Of a stretch of 64,000 nucleotides of DNA, positions 25,990 through 38,656 are shown in pieces. The notes under the pieces were generated by a model. That model saw nothing but the letters and a program-made list of their open reading frames with translations, ran no database searches and was not told the origin of the DNA. The first letter of the stretch is position 1, and each line of letters starts with the position of its first letter. The position numbers and the translations under genes were made by a program. Where the stretch lies: assembly GCF_963921235.1 (NCBI RefSeq), contig NC_086108.1:62064001-62128000 (forward strand). The letters run 5' to 3'. The DNA is from Mobula hypostoma. Taxonomy: Eukaryota.

Positions 25990-27534
25990 CTGAGAAAAAT
26001 ACAAAACAATTTTATTATGACTGTGGATCAGAGGGGATTCATTGCATTGAGTTTTGAAATTCCTTACCTAGACTTCTATAGTCGTTCCCAATTGCAGTCC
26101 AGCTGACAGACTTCCATGTGCTTTAGTTTCATGTTGGCAGTTTTACTTTTGGACTCAAACTTTCTCACATAAAGACTTATCACAGCCCTACTCGAGTGTA
26201 AAATTTAATAAAAATTGGAAGCTGGCAGTTTAAACTACCCATCTGAAGTGAATGATCTGGCAATTATCTCATGATTTAACAATAAAAAAAGTAAAATCTA
26301 AGGGTAACTTTAGAGCAAAATAGTGATGAAAACTAAAGCAAATCAAGAGTCATTAATTCAAATATATACCAGCAATAAAGCAAAACACCTCAAAGAAATA
26401 AAAAAGTTTCTTTTTGCATGCTTATATCACAAAATTCCATCTGAATCACTGACATGAGACCAAAATTATACAACAAAGCAGATTCTTTTCAATATTCAGG
26501 TTTGTCTCATGCCTCCATCAGGAGAGTCCTATCATCTCAGGGAAGCTCAAACTCTAGGAATATCTCCAGAAAATACAGGAGTGAAATAAAACATTCACCA
26601 AGGCAAAGGAAGATATACATAAATAATTCTCATGAAAGGTTATCAAACTGTAATCTTAACTGTTTCCTTCTCTCAATAGTTGCTGCCAAAACCTGCTAGA
26701 TATATGCAGTATTTTTTTTCAGGTGACAGCAACTATTGTGTTTCATACTTTGTAGTTTAGCACTGTTTTTTGTTGTCAGTTGTGGAGCTCGTTGCCACAT
26801 GCTCATGTACGTGTGTGTACAAGTGCAATGAAAACTTGCTTGTTGTAGCATCACTGCAAGAAGATGCCATGGTCTGGATTGTGGGCACCTTAGAAAATAG
26901 ATATTGCTTTCTTCTGGCAGCCCCACATGCAGACACCACTGGTGGTGAGGATAGATGTACCAGTAATGTATCACTACTCTTCAGCTTCTACTCAACTCTC
27001 TCCACATTCATCACCTTCACGTACTGTAGGGATCTTGTGACTATCAATCGACATGTTAACTGTTTCCTGTGAGAAAGACGCTTTCTGACCTTCCAAGTAT
27101 TTTCAGCATTTTCAGTTTTAATTGCATTTTAAAAATTTGCAAACAGAATCATAGCAAACTCCAGGATGATTTCTGAATAAATAAAAGAAATAAAGATCAC
27201 AAAAGGACAAATGGCCGAATGTAGACTAAATTTACATAGCATGGAGAGGTGAAAAATAAGTAAAATTGTAAATGAATGCCTTGCATCTGCCTTCACAGAA
27301 AATCTGATTGTTATGGATAGCGAGAAGGAATAGGCTTGGGGTTGAGAGGCTTCCTGTTGTTTGACAAGACACTGTTTCTGCTAGATGATGATGCATACTG
27401 AAAATCACCTTATTCACGCTGAAGTTATCAGACACAACCATTGAAATATTTTATTTCTAATTTTATCATTCCTATGAAACTAGAGAGAAAACATGAGCAG
27501 GATGTCATGTAGCTCAGGGGTTTTCAACACATAG

Positions 27535-29165
27535 TACACCTGTTGGCTTTATCTATGTCTCTCATAATTTAATAAACTTCTATCAGGTCTCTAAGCTTTT
27601 GCATCTCCAGAGGCAACAATACTGGTTTATCCACACTTTCCACTAATCCAGGAAGCATCCTCGTAGACTTCTTCTGAATCCTCTCCATAGCCTCTATCTC
27701 CTTCCCATAATGAGGCAGCAGAGCTGAATGCAACATTCCAAACACAGCCTAATCAGACAATTATAAAGCTGTAACTTCTTGATTCTAGAACAATGCCTTG
27801 CCTAATAAAGGGAAGTATGCCATGCACCTTCTTTCAACGTGTAATGACTTTCAGGGAGCTATAGATGTGAACCAAGATCCCTCTGTACATTAATGCTGTG
27901 AAGGGTCCTGCAATCACTGTGCACCTACCCTTCACTCCCAAACCGCAACACCCCACAACTGCTCGGACTAAACTCCATCTGCCATTTCTCTGACTACATC
28001 TGCAACTGATCCATAACTCAATGTATCCTTTGGTAATCTGCTACATAATCCACAATGCCACCAATTTTTGTATCATCTGCAAACTTGCTAACCCACGCAT
28101 CTATGTTTGCATTTATATAATTTATACATTCCACAAACAGCAGAGGTCCCAGTACCAGTCTGATGCTAGTCACAGACCCCCAGCTAGAATGTCCTATTAA
28201 CCACTACCCTCTATCCTCTATGGACAACCAATTCTGATTACAAATGGCCAAGTCACTGTAGATCCCATGCACCTTAATCTTCTGGATGAGCCTACTATAA
28301 GGGACATTGTCAAAAGCCTTACAAAAATTACTGCTCTATCCTCATCTATCACCACTGTCACCTCCTCAAAAAAACTCAATCAAATTAGAAAGGCATGACC
28401 TGCCTCATGCAAAGCTGTGCATTTACAAATGCTCATAAATCCTATCCATAAAAATCCTCTCCAACAGCTTTCCTACTACTGACGTGAGGCTCACTGGTCT
28501 AATCCCTATTTCCACTTTTGAACAAAAGAACGACATTAGTTACTCACCAGTCCTTCTGGACTAGCCTGGAGCTAGAGAGATTGCAAAGATATTGGTCGAG
28601 GCTGGCAATCTCATCTATTGCCTCTCTCTGTAATCTAGTGTATACCCCCATCCAGCCCTGGGGGCTTACCCACCTAATGTTCTTAGATCCAATACATCAT
28701 CTTTCTTTATTGCAAAACGCTAAAGCATATTGATATGCTCCACATTGATTATCACTATACTCTATGTCCTTCTTTTTGGTAACTACTGATGCAAAGTACT
28801 CATTTAGTACATCGCCCACATCCTCTGCTCCCAAGCACATTTCCATCCTTATCGTTGCATGGTCCTACCCGCTCCCTAATTATCCTCTTGCTCTTCATGA
28901 TTGCATTCAATGCCTTGGGAATCCCTTTAATTCTGCTTGCCAAGGGCTTCTTCTGGCTCTCCCAATTCCCTTCTTGAGGTCTTGCCTGGCTTCTTTATAT
29001 TCCTTAATCAGAATCAGAATCCTTTATTATCGCCAAGTATGTGGACACATACAGGGAATTTGATGCCGATTTCCCTGAGCTCTCGCTGTACAGAATCAAA
29101 AAGCAAACAAGGGTCCTGTTTGATTAGTTCCTCCTCAGCACATATGCTTCCTTTTGCATCTTGAT
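27535..29165 (-). mobile_element. CR1 LINE remnant
   Basis: Minus-strand KFADDTKIGG, KAFD.V and RPVSLTSVVGK remnants plus CR1 3' end. Confidence 0.8.
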
Positions 29166-29741
29166 GAAATTCAGTTACCTGAAAAATGGGAGAAACAAAA
29201 ATAGGTGCAGATTCTGTCAATCTGTAATAAAAATAGAAATTGCTGGAAATATTCAGCAAGTCAGGAGGTATCTGTGGAAAGAGATACTAAGTTAACTTTT
29301 CAAGTTGCAGACACCTGTCAGAATTGAAAATGAAACATTAACTGTTTCTCTTTCTACAGATGATGTCTGACTTTTTGACTATTTGCTGCAGTTATTTATT
29401 AATTAGGACAGTACAATTATTTGTTACAAGTGCAATGTTGCTACTCATTGAAACTTTGAGTATGTTATGAATTACCAGTGAAATAGGAAAACTTGAGCAA
29501 CTCATGCAATTTTCTCATAATTGATTATTTGTGTTTCCAACAACTCCACATATTCACTTAATAAATTCTTTATAATTAAAACTACATATAATGTATTGAA
29601 AACCACATGATTTCAGGTGCTATCTAGTAAGTGTGGGATTTTAAGAATAATGAAGTCCTAGCCAGCAGAGCTTTTTTCCTAAGTTCAATTTCATTGTCCA
29701 CTTTCTCACCTGCTTCCTCAGTCATTCCTTTTCTAAAATTA

Positions 29742-32390
29742 AGACCATAGACCATAAGACAAAGGAGCAGAGTTAGGCCATTTGGCCCAGCAAGTCTGCT
29801 CCACCATTTTATCATGGGTACTCCAACTTTCCTCTTAGCCTTAATCTCCTGCCTTCTCCCCGTATCCCTTCGTGCCCTGACCAATCAAGAATCTATCAAC
29901 CTCTGCCTTAAATATACATAAAGACTTACCCTCCACAGCAGCCTGTAGCAAAGAATTCCACAGATTTACCACTCTCTGACTAAAGAAATTCCTCATCTCG
30001 GTTCTAAATAGATGCCCCTCTATTCTGACGCTGTGTCCTCTGGTCTTAGACTCTCACACCATACGAAACATCCTCTCCACATCAACCCTATCAAGGCCTT
30101 TCACAGTTCAATAGGTTTCAATGAGGTCATCCCTCATTCTTCTGAATTCCAGTGAATACAGCCCCAGAGTCATCAGACGCTCTTCATACGACAAGCCATC
30201 TAATCCTGGAATAATTTTTGTGAACCTTCTTTGAACCCTCTCCAGTTTCAGCATATCCTTTCTAAGATAAGGGACCCAAAACTGCTCACAATACTCCATG
30301 TGAGGCCTCACAAGTGCTTTAGAAAGTCTCAGCATTACGTACTTGGTTTTACATTCTAATCCTCTTGAAATGAATGCTAACATTGCATTTGCGTTCCTCA
30401 CCACAGGATCAACCTGCAAATTAACTTGGGAAATCCTACACAAGGACTCCTAAGTCCCTTTGCACCTCAGTTTTTTGTATTTTCTCTCCACTTAAAAAAT
30501 AGTATACCCTTTCATTTCTTCTGTCAAAGTGTATTGTCAAATAATTCCCGACACTGTATTCCATCTGCCACTTCTTTGCCTGTTCTCCTAATCTAAGTTC
30601 CTCTGTAACCTCTCTACTTCCTCAAAACTGCCTGCACCTCTACCTATCTTCATATCATTTGCAAACTTTGCAATAAAGCTGTCAATTCCATTATCCAAAT
30701 TATTGACATGTAACACAAAAAGAACTGGTCCCACCACAGACAAATGTGAAACGCCACTAGTCAATGGCAGCCAAACAGAAATGGCTCCCTTTATTCCCAC
30801 TTTTTTCCTCCTGCCAATCAGCCACATGCTAATATCTGTCCTATAATATCATGGGCTCGTAATTTGTTAAGTAGTCTCATGTGTAGCACCTTCTGAAAAT
30901 CCAAGTACACAACATCAGCTGATTCTCCTTTATCTATCCTGCTTAATATGTCTTCAAAAAGTTTTAGCAGATTTGTCAGGCAAGATTTTCCCTCACTGTC
31001 TATGGCCTATTTTATCATGTGCCTCCATATACCCTTAGACCTCATCCATAATAATCAATTCCAACATCTTCCCAACAATGAGTATCAATGACTAACTGGC
31101 CCATAGTTTCTTTTCTTCTGTCTCTCTCCCTTCTTGAAGAATGGAGTAACATTTGCAATTTTTCAGTTACCAGAACTATTCCAGAATCTAGTGATTCTTG
31201 AAGATTCAATATTAATGCCTCCACAATCTCTTTAGCCACCTCCTTCAGAACTCTGTGTATATACCATCCAGTCCAGGTGACTTAACTACCTTCAGACCTT
31301 TCAGTTTCCAAAGAACCTTCTCTCTAGTAAAGGTAAGTTCACACACTTTGTGACTCCCGACACCTAGAACTTGCACTATACTGCTAGTGTCTTCCACAGT
31401 GAAGACTGATGCCAAATATTTATTCAATTCAACTGCCATTTCCTTGTCCCCCATTACTACCTCTCCAGCATTGTTTTCCCGTGGTCCAATATCCATTCTC
31501 GCCTCTCTTTTACACTTCATGTATCTGAAGAAACTTCTGGTATCCTCTTTAATATTGTTGGCTAGCTTATTCCACCTTTACTTTCTGAATGACTTTTTTA
31601 GTTGCTTTCTGTTGGTTTTTAAGAAACTTCCCAATCCTCTAACTTCCCACTAATTTTTGCTTCATTATATGCTCTGTCTTTGCTTTTATGTCGACTTTGA
31701 CTTCTCCTGTTAGCCATGGTTGTGTCATCTTTCCTTGAGAATACTTCTTTAGGCTGGCTGGTGGTGTAGTGGCATCAGCGCCGGACTTCGGTGTGAAGGC
31801 TCCCAAGTTCAAACCCAGGCACGCTTTCCATCCATGCTGGGTTGAGCATCGAGCTAGCAACTCGACCTCATAAAAAAGAAATTGCCTACTACAGAAACAT
31901 CAACAGCAAAAAAAGTTGATGGCCTATGCTCTCTCATGAGTTTAAAAGGCAATTTCCTTTTCTTTCCACTTCTTCTTTAGATGTATTTATACTGTGCCTT
32001 CTGAATTGCTTCCAGAAATTCTAGCCATTGCTGCTCTGCTGTTAACCCTGCCAGTGTACTTTTCCAATCAACTCTAGCCAATTCCTCTCTCATGCCTCTG
32101 TCATTCCCTTTACTCTACTGTTATATGGATACATCTGACTTTAGCTTCTCCTCAAATTTCAGGGGGAACTCAATCATATTTCCCCTAAGGGTTATTTTAC
32201 CTTAAGCTCTATAATCAATTACGGTTCATTACAACATTCAATCCAGAATAGCTGATTTTCTCGTGGGCTCAACCACGAGCTGCTCTAAAATGCCATCTCA
32301 TACGCACTCTAGAACTTACCCCCTTGGAAGCCAGCACCAACCTGATTTTTCTTATCTACTTGCATATTGAAATCCCCCATGACTACTGCA
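29742..32390 (-). mobile_element. CR1 LINE (ORF2 to 3' tail)
   Basis: LVRPHMEYCEQFW.PYLRKD, KFANDMKIG, KSPGLDGI; (TATGGTCT)-type tail at 29742. Confidence 0.9.
31753..31971 (+). mobile_element. tRNA-derived SINE inserted in CR1
   Basis: A box TGGTGTAGTGG, B box GTTCAAACC, T/C-rich tail; 9-bp TSD CTTCTTTAG at 31744-31752 and 31972-31980. Confidence 0.85.
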
Positions 32391-33190
32391 TTATGGATTT
32401 GGAGCTGGAACTTGATGAACTCCAGATCATTCGGAAGGCTGAGGGGGTGATAGATAGGACATATAGAGAGGTAGCTTCACTCAGGGTGCACGACGCAGAC
32501 AACTTAGGTGAAAGTCAGGAAGGGGAAAGGGTTGAAGGAGCCAGTACAGAGCACCCCCGTGGCCATCCCCCTCAACAACAGGTATGTCACTTTGGATACC
32601 ATTAGGGAGGATGACCTAATGGAGGGCAGTCGCAGTCTCTGGCACTGAGTCTGGCTCTATGACTCAGAAGGGAAGGGAGGAGAAGCATGCTGTGGTGGTC
32701 GGGGATTCCTTAGTTAGGGGAACAGGCAGAAAGTTCTGTGGGCGAGAACGAGATTCCCGAATGGTATGTTGCCTCCTGGGTACCAGGGTCCAGGATACCT
32801 CGACTCAAGTCTTCATTATTCTTAAGTGGGAGGGCGTACAGCCAGAATTCATGGTCCATGTAGGTACCAGTGACATGGGTAGGGTGAGTGACGAGGTTCT
32901 GCATAGGGAGTTCAGGGAGTTAGGTGCTAAGGTAAAGGGCAGGACCTCCAGGGTTGTGATCTCAGGATTACTACGCATGCCATGTGCTAGTGAGGCTAGA
33001 ACTAGGAAGATTATAAAGTTTATTGCATGGCTAAGGAGTTGGTGTGGAAGGGAAGGCATATCAAAACAGGGCATAAGGTTTTTGGATCATTGGAGGAGAT
33101 CTAATATCCTAGTGGGGAGGTTTGTTATACCGCACAGTGGAGGTTAAACTAGAGATGCGGGGGATGGGAACCAGAGTGCCAGAGCAGCAA
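32390..33190 (+). mobile_element. CR1 ORF1 (SGNH/GDSL esterase) fragment
   Basis: ORF 32659-33147: VVVGDSLVRG...MVCCL.G..V.D...VHVGTSD...VVISGLL..P. Confidence 0.88.
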
Positions 33191-33689
33191 GCAAGTCTCA
33201 AGGTTGTATAATTCATACAATTTCTGATCATAAGTGAGTCTTGAATCTTGATTCTTAGCCTACAAGTTAACCTTTAGGGAACTCTGCATGAGGTGTCTGA
33301 AGTCCTGTTGCACTTGATTTTTGCATTCTCTCCCTGTTTAGAAAATAGTCTATGCTTTTATTCCTTCTACAAATATTCTACATCTTAAAATACAACCAAC
33401 TGTTTCTTCATGTACATATTTTGGAAAGATTTCTGAAGTTTATTATCCACCATTTCCAAACTGTCCACTCACATTTCTATTGTGGTTTGAATGTGATATC
33501 CCAAATCAATTTGAAATCAATCACCCCATACGAAAACATCTAGGAAGTCAAATTAAAATCTCTTTTCCCAAGACAGTATGTCTACTCTCCTTACATTTTA
33601 CTTACTTTCCCCTGTACTATCCAAAGCTATCTTGACTTCACCTAACATGAAAGGACATATCCAATTTAACAAAACTCCCACGTTTATAC

Positions 33690-34548
33690 TGTGACGAGAA
33701 TACATATAAATTAAGATGTTTGCTGGCCTGGGCTAGCATCAGTGGCCTCAGCAGTTGGTCTGCCACCTGTCCTCAGGGGAAGGAGAGATAAGGAACAATG
33801 AAGCAGCATCTGGAGATGTGTAATGAAGGGATGGGAGAGAGAGCTGTCTGGAGCGGCTCCCCCTTTGAACGCTGAACTGTTTGAAGTGATGGACAGGCGA
33901 TACCCCAGCAGGGGGATAAAAAGGGACAGGTTCGCTAAGGCAGGACACACACGACACCCGAGGTAACGAGACCCTGGAAGCGGTGCGCCTCTCACGAGTC
34001 GGTGGGAAGTACCGGACCTTAAACGCACAGGGTGGAAAGGTACGATCAGCGGGAACCCGGTGTGTGTCCACCCTCGCTTGGGTGCCGGGTTCACTGCAGA
34101 GGATCGACCGCATCTGGAGGAGGGGTCACAGTCGGTGACCTCAGGTGACATCACAAAGGACCCGCCCGAAAGCTGCTTGTGAGCAATATCGCCGGTCTGT
34201 GAGTGAAGCCGTTCTGAATGATCAGTTGTTCTCATTCTCTCTCTCCCTCCCCCCACGTTGTCCATCGCCATGGCAATGATTACTGCAAACTGAACTAAAT
34301 CGAACTGGACTTTTGTGTCACTTTGAAATTGGTCATTTACCCCTAGACAACGATAGAGCTTGATTGATGCTGTTATCTTAATTCTGTGCACCTGTGTGTT
34401 TATCATTGCTGAACTGTTGCATTTATTATCCTTTCGATTACTGTGTTGCTTGTTTCTTTAATAAAACTTTCTTAGTTCTAGTACTCCAGACTCCAACTGA
34501 GTGATCCATTTCTGCTGGTTTGGCAACCCAGTTACGGGGTATGTAACA
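33690..34548 (+). mobile_element. Solo LTR (Gypsy-like), 859 bp
   Basis: TGTGAC...GTAACA termini; 4-bp flanks ATAC/ATGC; GATAAAA TATA-like box at ~33915; AATAAA at 34460-34465; CpG retained. Confidence 0.8.
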
Positions 34549-34893
34549 ATGCATACTCTCCCCTGCAATTCTAGCTTTCTTCACAACTGCAGGTAAGCTC
34601 AGTGTTCCCAGTTTCACATTCTGCAATTAACTCGTTGTACTGATAGATAATCCCCAGTAGTCTGTGCTTTGAGCCGTATTTAGAATCTCGAACCACGTCA
34701 TTGTAACAAAATGCACTATGAAAAAAAATAGACTAGCATTCATCTTTTAACTCCAATCTGACCTTTCCATAAAGCGATATTGTCAAGAGAAACACTTTCT
34801 CCTGCCATGTACTTCTGTGTTTAAAATACCATATTATGCTTGGGTTCAGCATGAACTCTATCCCCTCAGATGCTTACACATCCACCAACTTAC

Positions 34894-35366
34894 CTGCCAA
34901 GAAACATGGCTGCAACTTTCTTGAGGGGCTTCAGCAGAATCAAAAACAAAGGGATCGGCAAGGCTAAGACCCGAGAAGTAGTGTGGAAGTCATTATGTAG
35001 GTCAGTGGTTTCTTTAGCAATAAAAAGTTTTGTTGAAAAGATATAAGCAGGCCTCCATCTGGTGCAGTGAGAAAAGTCTCTGAAGGAGGGTTGGCTTGGG
35101 ATGATGGCTGATGGCCTTTTAGATGGAAGTCCTACATTGTGTACAAAATTTCTGAAGACTGAGTGATGTCTTGTGCAAGGTAGTAACACCACATTAGGTT
35201 TAATCCAGGTCTGCCAGACTTCTGAATCTCTACCTAAACAGCACAGACTACTTGTTAATCTCTGATGCTTCATCTCTGGGAGTGGTGATATGCTTTGTTG
35301 ATAATTGTAGTTTTGCCAGTTCAACAGGTGCCTCCTAGCAACCTGAAACCAGAATCCAGTCTTCAT
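34894..35366 (-). CDS. OMA1: OMA1 first coding exon (N-terminal targeting region)
   Basis: ATG at 35366 just after a CAGCAG acceptor. Translates MKTGFWFQVARRHLL...FHTTSRVLALPIPLFLILLKPLKKVAAMFLG(R), matching the vertebrate OMA1 FHTS..A.P.PL..ILKP..K...I.GR segment. Ends AG|gtaagt; 473 nt, phase 2. Confidence 0.92.
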
Positions 35367-36039
35367 TTCTGCTGACAGATAAAAACAAGAACACCATGAA
35401 GAAATACTTGAAAGATTATCAAGATTCCCAGGAGGAAATTTCAAAGCAAATGAAATCTCGATTTCCTCCTATTGTGTACAAACATGATAAAGTAAGACAA
35501 TAAATGGGAGGTGACAGCTGCTGAAAGATTTCACAGCTGAAACTGTAAAGGATCTGATATAACCTTCCTGGGGCTCAGAAACAGTATATTGTTGGGTGCT
35601 GGAGGCATATTAACAAAAGTGTATAACCAGCACCATACTACTAATGTAAGGGCAGCCTAATACTGAAGATATTTCTTTTGAAGTACTAGGGATACCACAG
35701 CAGCATTCTAGAAACAATGTCTCCCATTCTTCTTATCAATGTGCACCAGTAGTTTTCAAAAATAATGATCAATTTTGGAGACATACAGATACAATCTTTA
35801 CAAATAGAATCCATAAAAAACAATCCATAAAAAGATCTCAACGAGCGGTTGTGTGTTGCTTTTTGTATAAGTCCTCAAATACGTATAAAATCTTGAGAAA
35901 GGATGTGCTTGTACCTCAACTCTAACAAAAAGAAATCCAGCAACATCACAGGCCTCTTCAGATCATCTCCAAATCCTTTACCTGCTATTCTATTACGTAT
36001 GCTATCAGATATCCCAAGGCGATTTCACATCTTTTCAAC

Positions 36040-36112
36040 CAGGGGTTCCCAACCTGGGTCCATGAACCCCTTGCTTAATGGTCCACAGCATAAAAAAGGT
36101 TGGGAACCCCTG
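36040..36112. mobile_element. 73-bp hAT/Charlie-type MITE
   Basis: Perfect 16-bp TIR CAGGGGTTCCCAACCT; 8-bp flanks TTTTCAAC/TTTTAGAC. Confidence 0.85.
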
Positions 36113-36633
36113 TTTTAGACAGTAAAGACACAACTATCAGCTTCAAATGTCTTTGGAATCAGCAAGAGGTACAGGAACAATATTCTGATTTGCAGATAAT
36201 TATTGTTCAGTGATTTCTTCAGGAAAATGTTAGTTGAGTACAGAGCAGAGGCAGAATTAACCTCTTCATGATGTTCCTAGACTGTCAATTGAAGATGCTA
36301 AAGACTGTCCATGCCGTAACTGGAGGAACTCAGCAGGTCCAGCAACATATGGGGAAGCAAAAAGGATTGTCAACATTTCGGGTTCAGGCCTGCTTTAGGA
36401 CTGACCATCAACTGCCCACTTACCTCATATTCAGAAAACAGTGTGCATTAAATGCTTCCTGTACTGATTACTCACAAGAATAGAAGACAATTTAGGATGG
36501 ACAAACTTACTTTACTGAAACAAATCTTGGACTAGCTGCTTTGAATTTGCACTATAATCTTCTTTGTAGATTACCGATAACCTGTTGACCTGTGTACCTG
36601 ATGATAACCTGTAACTATACAATAAGGTTAAGA

Positions 36634-36742
36634 TCAGTTAGGCCTGATGAAGGGTCCCAGCCCGAAACGTCGACTGTACCTCTTCCTATAGATGCTGCCT
36701 GGCCTGCTGCATTCCACCAGCATTTTGTGTGTGTGTTGGTTG
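36634..36742 (+). mobile_element. 109-bp Penelope pLTR insertion made of the hammerhead plus 3' tail
   Basis: CTGATGA AGGG..CCC GAAACGTC GACT at 36644-36675; 13-bp TSD AATAAG(G/A)TTAAGA at 36621-36633 and 36743-36755. Confidence 0.85.
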
Positions 36743-38188
36743 AATAAGATTAAGAGACTGTTTTAGTGAATATCTCAGCAGTTCACACCTGCAAGTTTCA
36801 CTGCCTTGTCAATTCAACAATCTCTCACCCTCTAGCAGTTGCACCTTTGACCTTTGAAAATATTTCTAAACAGGCACTACTCAAGCGTCAATGACAGTAC
36901 CTCATCTTCCTCCCTGATATCTTTAATGGTACCTCTGGTCTGAACTTTTAATGTTACGAACTTGAGGCTATTTTATATCCTGACACATCTATTACCATTA
37001 CTTGAATTGGAAATGTCAAACACCTGGAATGGGTCCAACATTTTATTTTAGAGCTGGGTTAGCTCCTTGGAAGTACAGTAAAACTTCAATTATCTGACAT
37101 GCTGGTGGTGCCACACAGATTTTCTGCAGTATTCGATATTGCTCCTATTAATACAGCTACACATTTAATTTGCTATTTTGTTTTGATGTTAGTTAATAAT
37201 TAGTAAAATGCTAGTATAATACATATAAAAGTGAATCAGATGAGTTCCCGGGGAGCATGGGAAGAGAACCCAGTGAGTCAGATGCCAAGCCATCAGGAAT
37301 TTTGAATAAGCAGGTTAGCAGTTTAACCGCTTCTGAATATCAGAAATAGTGAATTCGCTCATATTCGCTCTCCTGAACTTTCTGATCCTGAATGCATTCA
37401 GAATCTGATTCATCATCACTGATATATGTCGAGAAATTCGTTGTTTTGGGGCAGCAGTAGAGAGCAATACATAGAAATTTACTATCATTTACAAAGAAAA
37501 ATATACAAAAAGCGAAAAAAAAGCAAAATATTTTGGTTGGTTCATGAACCGTTCAGAAATATAATGGCCGAGGAGAAGAAACTGTCCCTAAAACGTTGAG
37601 TGTGCGTCTTCGGGTTCCTGTATCTCCTCCCCGATAGCAATAATAAGAGGGCATGTTCTGGGTGGGTGAGGGTCCCGTTTTACCATTTTCCTTGGAAGCC
37701 TCCAATATCTTCCATCCCGTGAGTTCTAATATCTCATACGGCAGTTTCCTGCTTTGCATTTGCACTGAAGAACATTTGGAAGACAATTAAATTTCCTCGG
37801 ACTGCCACCTCTATTATTGCTGTTTACTGTGCGCGTGAGGCACTATTTAGGGACTTCCTAACTTTTCAATGTTCCTTTCTGAAGAACAACCATCGTATTT
37901 CAAAAAACACTGTGGATCTGAACCACCCTAATGCATTCTGAGGTGCTGCGAAACTCTGTATAAACTCTCTCGGGGGGTGGGGGGGTGAGGGGTCATGTTA
38001 CTGAAAGGTTAAGGTGCCCTTGATGTCTCTGAACTTACAGCAGCTTGCCGAGGAAGTTTCATTTTGTAGCTCTGAGTCCAACTGCTAAACTGCTAGCTAC
38101 AAAATCAATCGCAACCACCGTTGTCGAACTGCGAGAGGATCAAATGCCATGAAACAAGCAACTGCTAGGCCCAGGCAATGTCATTTAC

Positions 38189-38460
38189 CTTCTTCCGCGC
38201 ACGATCTCGCCCGCAGTGAAGCAGTTCGTATCACAGATCACCAACAACTACCTTCCGACTGACGACCGGAGACTCAGTCCCTGGCCAGGGCTTTTCCCGG
38301 GACCACCCCCCGGTCCACTCGCCGAATCTCACTCATTAAGACCGCCTGACATTCAGGAAATGATCGCTCCGCACTGTGGTGTCTCAGTAAACCGGATCCG
38401 GACGCCCTCGCTCCCAGGACAAATCGCTACAAGGTTGTGGCTGCAGCAGCGAGCTACCTT
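38189..38460 (-). promoter_or_regulatory. OMA1: Probable OMA1 CpG-rich promoter and non-coding exon 1
   Basis: CpG-dense non-repeat patch 2.8 kb upstream of the ATG exon. Minus-strand donor GAAGAAG|gtaaat at 38189/38188; ETS-like CGGAAG motifs. TSS cannot be placed. Confidence 0.65.
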
Positions 38461-38656
38461 TTGATTGTTGCTGACTTTCCTTGCTTCTGCTTGTTTCTCC
38501 ATACGCTAAAATGCAATTCTGGGGGCTTTTATTCTGCAGAGTCGTCAAAGAAGGCACTGATTATTGAACAGTTTTTTCCAAATGCCTTTAGTGGAGCATT
38601 TTAAAATGTAATAACTTCAGTCAGCGTGAAATGAGTTTGCAAGGATTCATTTGTTT

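Noticed and set aside
31753..31825. tRNA gene
   Set aside because: A/B boxes are present but no convincing acceptor stem or anticodon arm; body, tail and TSD indicate a SINE.
32659..33147. Host GDSL lipase gene
   Set aside because: Matches CR1 ORF1 esterase, is frameshifted at both ends and is embedded in CR1 debris.
33711..34406. 231-aa minus-strand ORF as a gene
   Set aside because: Lies wholly inside the solo LTR on its antisense strand; no recognisable domain.
35367..35444. N-terminal extension of OMA1 (MKFPPGN...) in the ORF track
   Set aside because: Starts at TTG and crosses a polypyrimidine tract and CAG acceptor; intronic read-through. The ATG is at 35366.
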